Assembly (NCBI GenBank): GCA_001655205.1
Contig: LPNZ01008512.1
Location: forward strand, 1 to 47,859
Length of the DNA: 47,859 nucleotides
DNA from: Lenisia limosa
Lineage: Eukaryota > Protista > Breviatea
Direction of reading: 5' to 3'
In this document: one piece after another, positions 1 to 10,225 of the stretch
Layout of the letters: each line of letters opens with the position of its first letter
Numbering within the stretch: position 1 is the stretch's first letter
Made by a program: the position numbers and the translations under genes
The notes under the pieces: generated by a model
Seen by the model: the letters and a program-made list of their open reading frames with translations, nothing else
What the model was told of the DNA's origin: nothing
Database searches by the model: none

Positions 1-180
1 TATCAGAGTCATATATGTACCTATTGGCGTCAAGGTTATATCAGTGTCATATACCTATTGGCGTCAAGGTCAGAGTCATATATAAACCTATTGGCGTCAG
101 GGATATCAGAGTCATATGCCTATTGCCGTCAGGGATATCAGAGTCATATGCCTATTGCCGTCAAGGTTATCAGAGTAATT
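1..180. repeat. Tandem minisatellite, ~30-36 bp unit, ~5.5 copies
   Basis: The unit TATCAGAGTCATATGCCTATTG(G/C)CGTCA(A/G)GG recurs head-to-tail with small indels. It is followed by a poly-G run and an N gap. Confidence 0.9.
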
Positions 181-207
181 GCCACGGGGGGGGGGGGCAA
201 CTCACAC

Positions 208-287
208 NNNNNNNNNNNNNNNNNNNNNNNNNNNNNNNNNNNNNNNNNNNNNNNNNNNNNNNNNNNNNNNNNNNNNNNNNNNNNNNN
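208..287. other. Assembly gap (others at 11347-11475, 14113-14171, 20876-20978, 21780-21849, 25209-25319)
   Basis: Runs of N. Three of the six lie next to long G, C or A homopolymers. Confidence 1.
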
Positions 288-303
288 ATTCTCGATAAAT
301 CTT

Positions 304-834
304 TCATCGTTTTTTTTGGGACCGCAGGGAATCTCTAATTGTAAAGCTTACTGGTGGCGAGAAGGTGGAGGAACACCACCCTTGGAGCTGAGAAATACTT
401 TGACATAAATACCCAACGTGTCTGTAAGTCTTGGATTGTTCCAGAGTTCTAAAGAATAAACCATACACACGACTCACCTGTGAAAATGAAACTGAGTGCA
501 GATTTTCACAAGAACGAAAGATAAGCACAGTGAAGCAAATGAAGACAACGTAAACAAATGCAAGGAGAGTCAAAGCAATCTTTGAGATCATTTCATTTGA
601 GAGAAATATTGTGAAGACCATTGCTACAACACTCAAAGAATCAAATAGCAAAGACCATTTCAGCATTGATGGAACTGTATTAGCGTTCAAAAGAGATTTG
701 ACATCGTCGTTGGATGACGGTGGCTGAGAAGAGAAACTGGGTGACGATATGAACAGCGGCCCATCAGCCCTTGGTAGTTGTGAATATAGTGATACTACTG
801 TAGATGCGGAGAGCGAGGCTGCAGACTTCAGCAT
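304..834 (-). CDS. Hypothetical membrane protein, multi-exon, 3' end lost in or near the N gap
   Basis: 176-codon ORF with a Ser/Pro-rich N-terminus and 2-3 hydrophobic stretches (LLFDSLSVVAMVFTIFL; IALTLLAFVYVVFICFTVLIF). A CAG|GTGAGT donor lies near 480. The ORF is divergent from MAT. Confidence 0.5.
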   Translation of the reverse strand: MLKSAASLSASTVVSLYSQLPRADGPLFISSPSFSSQPPSSNDDVKSLLNANTVPSMLKWSLLFDSLSVVAMVFTIFLSNEMISKIALTLLAFVYVVFICFTVLIFRSCENLHSVSFSQVSRVYGLFFRTLEQSKTYRHVGYLCQSISQLQGWCSSTFSPPVSFTIRDSLRSQKKR

Positions 835-1107
835 AGTGTTGTGATGCTTTCAAACCAACGCCTACACCAGAGGCATCTAGCTGCTAATTAACAACCAGAG
901 CTAGCCAAATACATATAATAATCTTCTCAATATATGCTATTTATTAGGTTATTAGTGCTTCAATTGTGCTTTGGTTTTTGGGCTGGGTTGATATCGGAGC
1001 GGAATCGGATAGTTCAGTTCATTACAGAAACACTCGTCATCCCGTACCGTTCATCCTTTTTCAGCAAATTTTTGAAGCGTTTTCAAGCCTTTAAAACACT
1101 CTTCACA

Positions 1108-2774
1108 ATGCCTAAGCAGTTCCTTTTCACCTCTGAGGCGGTCAACATTGGTCATCCTGGTGAGTTTGTCCACTCACTTGTTCAACTTCTAAAAGATTGC
1201 TCAATCTCCTTCTAAATTCCATAGACAAGATGGCTGATCAAGTTTCCGATGCCGTTCTTGATGCTTGCCTTGCCCAGGATCCTCAGTCTAAAGTTGCCTG
1301 CGGTATGCTTCCAATACTCCTAGATTGTTGTAACCTTCTTTAGAAACTGCTACTAAGACTGGTATGGTCATGATTTTTGGTGAAATCACTACCACTGCTC
1401 GCGTCGACTACCAGCGTGTGGTTCGTGAATGTGTGAAGCGCATTGGTTACGATGACGGCAAGAAGGGTTAGTTTCATCAATTTTTTATTGCGACTTACAT
1501 TCAAGGTTTCGATTACAACGCCTGCAACGTTCTTGTTGCTATTGAGGAGCAGTCACCTGATATTGCACAGGGTGTTCACATCAATAAGAATGATGAGGAT
1601 GTTGGTGCCGGTGATCAGGTTTGAGGGGCTTTCCTCTTCCTTCTAGAGATGATTTATGCATAACTACTCGTAATAGGGACTGCAGTGGAGCAACATTTCA
1701 TTTCTTAGGGTATCATGTTTGGCTACGCTACCGATGAGACTCCCGAGTGTATGCCCCTCACTCACCGTCTTTCCGAGGCTCTCTGCAAGCGTCTTACTGA
1801 AGTTCGTGAGTCCGGCGAGTGCGGCTGGATGGGTCCCGATTGCAAGACTCAGGTTTGTGATTAACTTATGATTTGTTCAGATCAATCTTTTAGTCAGTCG
1901 TTGGACGCCTTTCACACCATTAGGTTACAGTTGACTACGAGGATGACAACGGTGCCATGAAGCCCCTCCGCGTCCACACCGTTGTTGTTTCCTGCCAGCA
2001 CTCTGAGGTGGGCCTTTTCTCGTTTTTTCGCGTCATTATTCTGGTCTATTTCGACACAAAGATGTAATAATCTGTCTTTTCTTACCATTATAGGAGACAA
2101 CCAACGAGCAGATCCGCTCTGAGATCATGGATAAGGTCATCAAGGAGGTCATTCCCGCCAAGTACATGGACGACAAGACCATTTACCACATCAACCCCAG
2201 TGGCCGTTTCACCATTGGTGGACCTCAGGGTGATGCTGGTCTTACTGGCCGTAAGATCATTATCGATACCTATGGTGGATGGGGTGCCCACGGTGGTGGA
2301 GCTTTCTCCGGCAAGGACCCTACCAAGGTTGATCGTTCCGCTGCTTACTACCTCAGATGGGTATGATGGATGCAGTTTTTTTCTTTTTTTTTTCTTTCTA
2401 AGATAGTTCATTTCCTGATACAACAGGTTGCCAAGTCTCTCGTGAAGGCCGGCCTTTGCCGTCGTTGCCTCGTCCAATCCTCTTACGCCATCGGTGTTGC
2501 CAAGCCTCTTTCCATCAACATCACCACCTACGGTACCTCTGAGAAGTCTGAGGAAGAGCTCCTCGCTATCATTGAGAAGAACTTCGACTTCCGTCCTGGT
2601 GAGCCAACCTTCCTATCGAGCCTCGTTTTACCCTCCATGTCTAACCCATTAGGATGCATTATCAAGGAGCTCGACCTCCTCAAGCCCCGCTATGAGGTCA
2701 CTGCCCGTTACGGCCACTTCGGCCATGAGGGCCCCGAGTTCACCTGGGAGCACCCTAAGAAGCTTGTCTTCTAA
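1108..2774 (+). CDS. MAT: S-adenosylmethionine synthetase (canonical MAT type), 9 exons
   Basis: Spliced translation contains [40 protein letters not shown] and YGHFG. There are 8 GT-AG introns (first 1160-1224) and a TAA stop at 2772-2774. Confidence 0.98.
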
Positions 2775-3038
2775 GCTTCTTCTCTTCCTTCTATTCTTCT
2801 AGTCTTCTGATGTTATTGTGTGAGCGCGTTTTCGTTTGATAGATGCAGCCCCTTTTTTTTGAAAAGAAGCCCTTGCAGCATAATAGCATCCATTATTTCG
2901 TTGGTATTTTTATCACAGATAAGCCTTGAACAAGTTGATGCATCATGCAGAAGAGTCATTGTTAAAAAAAACGCGTGATATCACGTGACACAAGCGAAGA
3001 CAGACCAACATTTTTCTAGAAGATTCGAGGAAGAAGTA

Positions 3039-6000
3039 TCATTTTGGACCGGTGGCATCCGAGAGTGGTTCAGTCCCTGGAGTAATGTGAGAAGTAACGC
3101 AATTAAATACCAGGGTTGTGGCTCAGCGGTGAGATGTCCTCTTGGGGATAGACCTGAACAGGTGAAATATTAAGCCGGCATAAGGCTTATATCTTCGAAT
3201 TCAGTGGTCACATAGTCACATACCTGAGGGTGAGAAGTACCAAAGAACTGCCTTCCAGATTCACCATGCGTAAAATTTGGTAAACTCTGAAGAGTAAGCC
3301 TTACAAAAAAAATATTAGAGGAGTGATAGGAGTGATAGGGGTATTATATATACTAAGTAGTATAGAGAGCAATGAGAAAGTAAAAATAAGATGCATCTGG
3401 CCGAAGCCGTCCACCCCATCACGCTTATAAGAGATATTGGATTATAGTATAATATTAATTCACCCAATCATTTGCCTTACAACTCTGTGCACACAGCTTT
3501 CTGCGTGCCTCCCCAGCATACCTTATATTATATACTATAGTAGTACTATATCATATATTATATTACATTATATTAAATATAATAATCATATTTATTATAA
3601 AAACAAGAAATGTAACAGCCACTAACCTGCGGAGGTTCCCTTTGTGGAAGTCCCTGCTGCTCCAGAATGCTTAACTGCTGATGATCCATTTGCTCTAAAA
3701 CCACTGGGTGACTAAACAATAAGTAGAAAAGAAGAAACACTCATACTTATTCAACACGCTTTCCTCTCGAAGTATATGTGCACTATGCTGCTGCTGGAGA
3801 TGGCGAAGTACTGCTTCCTGACTGAAAGGGCCGGCAAGCGGGTCCTGAATCTAACGGTGAGACTTGATAGAAGTGTTTCTTTCCTTACCTGTGGTTCTGG
3901 GAGTGAAAGAAGGGTCTCAGGTTGGACTGCTGTTGCTTGCAAAACAGGTTGAGGCTTAGATGCAACCTGATAGGGTAAGGTAGGTGGAGAGAACAAATGG
4001 AAGAGCCAGAACATGCATACGAAAGTAGCTTGGACTGCGGGGGTGGTAAATGGTTCTGACGGGTTCTACAATAGTAAGCTGGGCGTTATGCTATGAGTCT
4101 TACCAGTGGGGTAGGTATGATAGGAGGGAACTGGGGTTGGCTGAACGAAAACACGGGCGGTTCTACAGCATAAATAAACAATACAATACCGTGGTTACCT
4201 GGGGGTGGAGCTGCAGGAATATAATTTCCCTTGTCTAAAGGCTAAAAGTGTTAAACCAAGTTTTGAAAATATACCCTTACAGTATGTTTGGGCTTTTCCG
4301 GTACCACAGTTGGTTGAGTTGGTAATGGGAAAACATTAGTCATTGTTGAGAGATTGGTCTTATCAGGCCCAGGCACTGTGCTCACTGTTAGCCCAAGCAA
4401 GCTCACCTGTGTTGTGAAGATTGGTCAAAACATGTAGAATGAAAAAGGAAATATAAAAGTCAAACAAATGGGTTTCCCTCAAACCTCATTTCTAATAGTG
4501 TCGTAGAGGAATATGCCGCCACCAATGTCCCCATCTCCACAAGGCAGTGCAAGTTGCAAGAGATTTGTGGATGTTTGTCTGGACGCATTACAGTGCAATA
4601 GAAAGCATACTTTGCTGACCAAACTCCCAGAGTAGCAAAGAGGCGCGAGGTGGTTCCTCGGTAGGAAAACGCCACCACATCCTATTTCATGAGATGTCAA
4701 CTTGAACTCAAGTTCTTTTTATTGTTGCTCACGTTGCCTGGTGCTGGGAGATTGCTAGCTTTGATAGGGGGGTTCACTTCGGAATTCAGAGTCAAACGAA
4801 CCACTTCAGGGTGAATCATGGACTCAATTGTGGCGACCACTGTCATTCGATTCACCTGAGGAGCAATCATTAGATATCTGGGTAACCAAAACTGAAATGC
4901 CAAAATATTAATCATCCAAAAGACATTCTTCGGAATACGTAGGTTTTTTAGAGGGACGGAAGGTAGTCCAACCACAACCTACATAAACTTCATATTTTGA
5001 TCCAATGGCCAATTTGTTGTACGTGGTACAATGAACTGAAAGAAGAGCTTCAGTTGAACTAATAATCAGGAGTGGCACCAAATCGTTTTTTTCTTGAGGG
5101 GGCGATTCTGAAATATGAAAATACTTTGTCAACAAACCTGGAACTGGATTGTATGGGTGCAGACCAGGAATAGACGGGAGCGAACCAGGCCCAAGTGAAA
5201 GAGGGACGATTTCCTCGTCTTGAATTCCTGGGTGGTAAATTGAAAACAGGCAACCTTTGTTGTTCCCAGAAGTGATATTTGACTGCGGTTGTGATTGTGA
5301 TGCAGTAGTCTGAGGAAAAGAAGATAGATCCGAAGCAGTAGTGCTATACTGTAAAATGCCTCATGGCATTCTGTAACTCACTTCAACGAAGGATACAGAG
5401 ACGGAAGCTCCGGAATACAGCTTTGTCCACTCAAGATTGCATTTGTCAAGGCGTCAGGGTCGATTTCTGGTACAGGCAACGGTGGTAAACTATCGCGTCA
5501 AAAGTGTTGCAAGGTTGGAATCAGGGGAGTAAAAATATGGTTGTTAGCCGACTTTTCGAAAGGGTCTTCATTTGCGAGAGGGGGTAAGATAGTCGCATTC
5601 AGAGGCATCACATTAAGACTTGGAATGCTGTCTTCTTCGTTCTAATGTGTGGGGTGAAAATATACAGTGTCCGGGAATAAGTCTTGACTGATTTTCCTAG
5701 GGAAATCACATAGCTAATCGGTCAAGACTTATCCCGGTCTCTGTGTATATAGTATGTAAAATATGCAAACACACTATCAAATTGATCTTTACCTGGTCAG
5801 GAGCAGAGATAAATTTGCCCAAAACAACAACGCGGGAAACCGCGACTGAAGTTGCACTCGCAACTAAAAATATTACTACAACATACCCGAATGATAGTTA
5901 GTGTTAAGAAGTTTGGTGAATCACTTTCCCACTTTCTTGAAGGTTCTCAGCGTGAATCTGTCTCCTTGGGAGATATCCTAAATATTGTTACACTGTTTGG

Positions 6001-7498
6001 TAACAATAAACAACCCACCATGAAGAGCAACTTCATAGGTTTTTCCATTGCGAAGGGTGTAATATGGATCTGTAATCTGAAACAGTTAAATGAATTTTAG
6101 AACGGCAATTTAACTTCAAATCCCCCAAACTTGACTAAGATCTTGTCTGTCAACAAGAAATAATTCTGGGTAATCTGGGAGCCTTTCTCTAGGAGGGTTA
6201 ATTCAACCAATCTTGACTTCACCTGATATGAGCAACTTTTGTTCCTTTGGGCTGTACAACAGGCTGACCTTCAACCAGCAGAAGGGGTGGAGATTGACAA
6301 ACTACACATTTCACAAAATAGGATATTTATCTTACGATTTGGCTGCTCTGGGGCGGCTCGCTTACTGCAAGCGGTCTGGAGGTAAAGATTAAAAAAACTG
6401 TTTTTTTAAAATGGAATATTACAGAAGAAAAATCCACCAACTTCAAAAGAGCCTCCTTCATCAATAATGGTTCTCCTTTTGATGAAGTTTCTCAACCACA
6501 CCGTACCACCACATCGCTTAATCCGCGCAGCAACTGGTGTCACATTAATTATAAACAAAGAAGTAAAAGGTATTATACGAGAACAACCTACGAATTGCGG
6601 GTGTGTCATTCTTCCGCGGTCGACCAGCGAACTGAAATTGTAAACAATTCTGAAGGAACCAGCTTGATATCCCACACACCTCCTTCGCAACTGCAGAGAG
6701 GATTGACGGGTTGTCCCATTGTGATTCATTTCGGAGCTTGCAGGTACGGACAATTTCCTAAATAGCTAAGTTACAGTATTTATGCAACAATAATAAAATA
6801 AGTTCTTCCATTTCTTCTTTTTCAATGAACAACCCCGAAAGCAGTTAAAAAACAAGATGTAATTTTTTTTTGACTTGAATTTTGCTGTTAGACGTAATTC
6901 ACATTTTGCTACTATTTTTTTGAAGCAGCCCCATTCTGACTTAATCATCTTCACAATAGTGGGCACACCATCGTGATACTTTTGGCATGCATCAATACCC
7001 CTTCCCACTTTCTCCTCTTCCTCAGTGAATGTGTTTGGACGACCAAGGCTCACAGGCTTAGATGCTTCATATGTCAGTCAGAAAGCAAGGGGGTAAGATT
7101 AACGAGTGGGGTGCCTGCCATCTCTCACAAAAACAGTTGTAAAAGAAGCGCAACGATATATTTAAAGTAATAATTTTTACCCACCCACTTAAATCACGGT
7201 CTTCATCCGCATGAGCTTTCAAAACACGTTTGTAAATGTCATACAAAGTAGAGCAAGGAAGATCATGGCCTGTTTGAAGGAGTTGCCTCCAAACTTGCCT
7301 CACGTTGCATTTGAAGTTCCCACTTTTTTCTAAGTTAGCACAACATTCAGTATAGACGGCATCAACAGCGAACTTGGCAACTTCGACACCATATCTTCTA
7401 TGTGGACCCCTTTCTTTTTTCCTTTCAACTCTCCTCACCTTCTCCTCTTCTTCTCCTCGTTGACCTTCATTAAGAAAAGGAAAATAATTGTGTTCCAT
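3039..7498 (-). CDS. Multi-exon protein: pogo/CENP-B-type double HTH + unknown region + inactive trypsin-like domain + Pro/Gln-rich tail
   Basis: HTH1: RRYGVEVAKFAV...LPCSTLYDIYKR. Tc5-like HTH2 after splicing: GRPNTFTEEEEKEIVRTCKLR...AVAKE...GTVWLRNFIKRR. Trypsin-like part: LLSVHC...HPEVVRLTL...PGNDVVAFSY...LLQLALPCGDGDIGGGIF...VSLLGLT. Exon phases could be joined to a TGA at 3039-3041. A few internal junctions are ambiguous. Confidence 0.7.
5665..5743. mobile_element. MITE-like 79-bp inverted-repeat element (Tc1/mariner-type end) inside an intron
   Basis: Left arm CAGTGTCCGGGAATAAGTCTTGACTGATT (5665-5693) versus the reverse complement of the right arm CAGAGACCGGGATAAGTCTTGACCGATT (5716-5743): 25/29 match. 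The left end is TA|CAGTG. The right flank is TGTA, so the TA duplication is imperfect. Confidence 0.55.
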
Positions 7499-7784
7499 TA
7501 GGATCTGGACTGGATATTGAAATTTTTTGGCCCCAGAAAAGCTGGGAGCCAGCGGGCCGGGCCTGTGCTTGTTTTTTATTTGATATGTCTCACTTCACCG
7601 ACGTTGAGCATGCGAAGAGCCGCCTGGGTGGCGAAGCCGACGAGTTTATTCAGAATGATTCTATGTCGGGGTATTTTTAAGTATGACCGTCAGCCCCGAG
7701 ACAAATGGAAAAAGACCAAAAAAAAACTTCATTTCAAATAATATACAGTGTATTGATATAAAATGATACCTCAAGTTTCTACAT

Positions 7785-9991
7785 TTACACCTCAATCTCG
7801 TCATTCAATTCTAAAAAAATGAGAAGAAGGAAGGATCAATTCCTTCACACCACATAGGGATATGGAAGGAACATTGCGCTAACAGACCTTTGCTATGGCG
7901 AGTTTGCTCTTCTACAAGTCCCTCCAGCATTTCATGAAAAATTTGGACTCCCTCCTGGAATGACTGTCGTGGAAGCGCTTCGAAGTAAAAAAAAAAAAGA
8001 AAAGAAGAAAAACAAGATTTGTATGTATTTTATCATCATGACTTTGCCTACTGTCTTCTTCAGCGAGAAGGATCTCAGCAATGTGTGGTTGGGCGCTAAG
8101 GGGTCATAAATGCCTTGGTAAAAACAACATACTTAGGATCCCATCCGAGTTCCTTGGGGTTAGCCGCATGAGACTCTTCGGCTCTGTGATAGTGAAGAAA
8201 CAAGACCAGAATGCCAACCGGAATGGAGTACACACAAGCCCAGTTTTGGGGTGAACACAAAAGGGGGCCTTCAGCAAATGGTTCATACCCTAAACATCAC
8301 ATTATAATAAAAGGATTATGGTAAATATCAAACACAGGAAACCACAGCAAACCTTTGACACGTGAATATCGAGACGAGGGTAGAGGTATGTCATGATCAC
8401 TTCTTGGGGAGCATCAGGACGACTGAATCTACCCTGACAGAAATTGAATACTGAAAGAAAAGATGTATGAAGTGAGGGTGACAAGTACATGCTGCAAGTA
8501 CGCTTGGAACCAACCTTTTTACCCATTGAAATAACCTCATTCCAGATCTGCTCCACTGAGTGGTCCATATTTTCACTCAACTCGATCAAAAGATCTCGGT
8601 CTGCAAAATAAATCTAACTCCACCATAGCGCCACACCTTTTGAGGATTGAGGGTCAAGCTTGGTGACGATATTCTTCCATCCTTCTCCGCGACCGTATCC
8701 TTGGCGATCGAGAATTACCGGCACAAAGAGGGACGCAAGGCTCTGGTATGCGCGCCTATGATTGAGAAATAATAATCCGGATATTGTGATATTCATTGAT
8801 AAGGTGACCCTACCCATTGGAATATTATTTAGGGAACATGAAACCTTTAGTATTACCCACTTCCAGTTAGGATGCTGCGTTTTCATTGCGTTTCCATCTT
8901 TGTTGCGTGCAATGTTGATGTATTCCGCGACAGCTGATCTTTGATCGGGAGCCAACGCTCGTGCCCTTGCATCAGATACCTACCAACCACGTGATAAAAA
9001 AAAGATCAACGCAACCAAAAGGTAAGAGATTCTCTCGATTACCCCACCCACCCAGCAATGAACTCCACGCCTTCCGGAGAAAACCCAAAGAAGGTTACTG
9101 AATCCAAAGTCCTCTGAAAAGTATTATTGCGAATGGTGAACAGGGGTTTTGCTAACCTCGAAGAGCAAGGTCAACTGCACGTACTGCTGCTGTCATATAC
9201 CACCAGCATTTTTCGCACACATTTGCTCCCCTAAACCGTAAATTCTAACCATATGCTTTGAAAGAATAGGTTATCCCCTCCTCTAACTTGCAACAAGAGC
9301 GTGAATCATCATAATCTGTCATATCAATATCGAAGACGAGCTCCTTTTCCATTGGGAAGAAAGCTGCTGGTCTCACGGATTTACGAGCTGCAGGCTACAC
9401 TAGTTATCTCAAGAAATTTGACATTCACATCGTTAGACAGGCTCACTGCAATAGGATAGACTGCTCCAAGATCCATTTTGATTGGGTTATGTTGGGTACA
9501 ATACTTTTTGAAGTCTGAGGCATCCTTGAATGAATTGAACCTGGCGTATAAGTGACACACTCAAGTTCGGTTTGCACTTTTATTCAAACCTTGAGTAAAT
9601 TTCTTCATTGTTATTGAGAAGCATTGTGAAAGAAAACTCCTTTCTACTGTACAAGTCTTTGTCGTAAACTGAAAAGTAAATACTCAAAAGTTTTTGAATA
9701 AAGAACCCCAATCCACACCTTCTCCATAAGAGAACCACTGGTGAAACTCCTCAAACGGGAACAAACTCTCTAAAGATTGTAAGAAACATAACCAGGACAA
9801 AGGTCCAACTGTAGTATTGTTTTAGGCATCGCGGAAAGTCCCCTTTGAGCTCATCGAGTTCTGAAGTGGTCCTAGCTATAAAAAGGTGACAAAGAGAAGT
9901 AGAAGGCCTTGAAGAGCGCCAAAAACCAACCTCTTTTTGAAGGATTCTCTTCTTCAATTGGGCTTTTTTCACGGTCAGATTCCGGATCCAT
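7785..9991 (-). CDS. PRIM1: DNA primase small (catalytic) subunit
   Basis: Motifs HQWFSYG, YLYPRLD and [19 protein letters not shown] at 9991 (MDPESD...) and stop at 7785-7787. Many introns. Confidence 0.95.
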
Positions 9992-10225
9992 GCTCACTGA
10001 GACAGCTGAGAAAATGAGAGAATGAGGAAATGAGAAGTTTCGTGGAATATTATGTCATAGGGCCAAATGTTCCCCCAGAATAAAAATTCCAACTCGAAAT
10101 TTCACAAAGCTCGTTTCCTTTCAGAGTGTTAATTGTGTTGAGGTATTATTTTATTATTTGAGTAGTTGTTGTTTTTTGTAAAAAAAAAGAGAAAAACAAA
10201 TCATTTTATTCTGTGAACATTGAAT
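9992..10225. promoter_or_regulatory. Short divergent intergenic region, probable bidirectional promoter for PRIM1 and SRP72
   Basis: About 235 bp separate two head-to-head start codons. No specific motif was assigned. Confidence 0.5.

Noticed and set aside
1-180. CRISPR-like array (also considered for 39895-40213)
   Set aside because: The units are contiguous without unique spacers, the context is eukaryotic, and there are no cas genes.
2088-2477. Antisense and alternate-frame ORFs in the track (e.g. 2088-2477, 17405-17824, 21931-22371, 39430-39744)
   Set aside because: They are shadows of real genes on the opposite strand and have no independent motifs.
1108-2774. MATX paralogue
   Set aside because: Length (~390 aa) and motif spacing fit canonical MAT. 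No MATX-type insertions were seen.
3039-7498. Active pogo/Tc5 transposon or LTR retrotransposon
   Set aside because: No DDE_1 motifs (DETG, LDxHxSH, QPLD), no RT YxDD, and no terminal repeats. The ORF is split by many spliceosomal introns.
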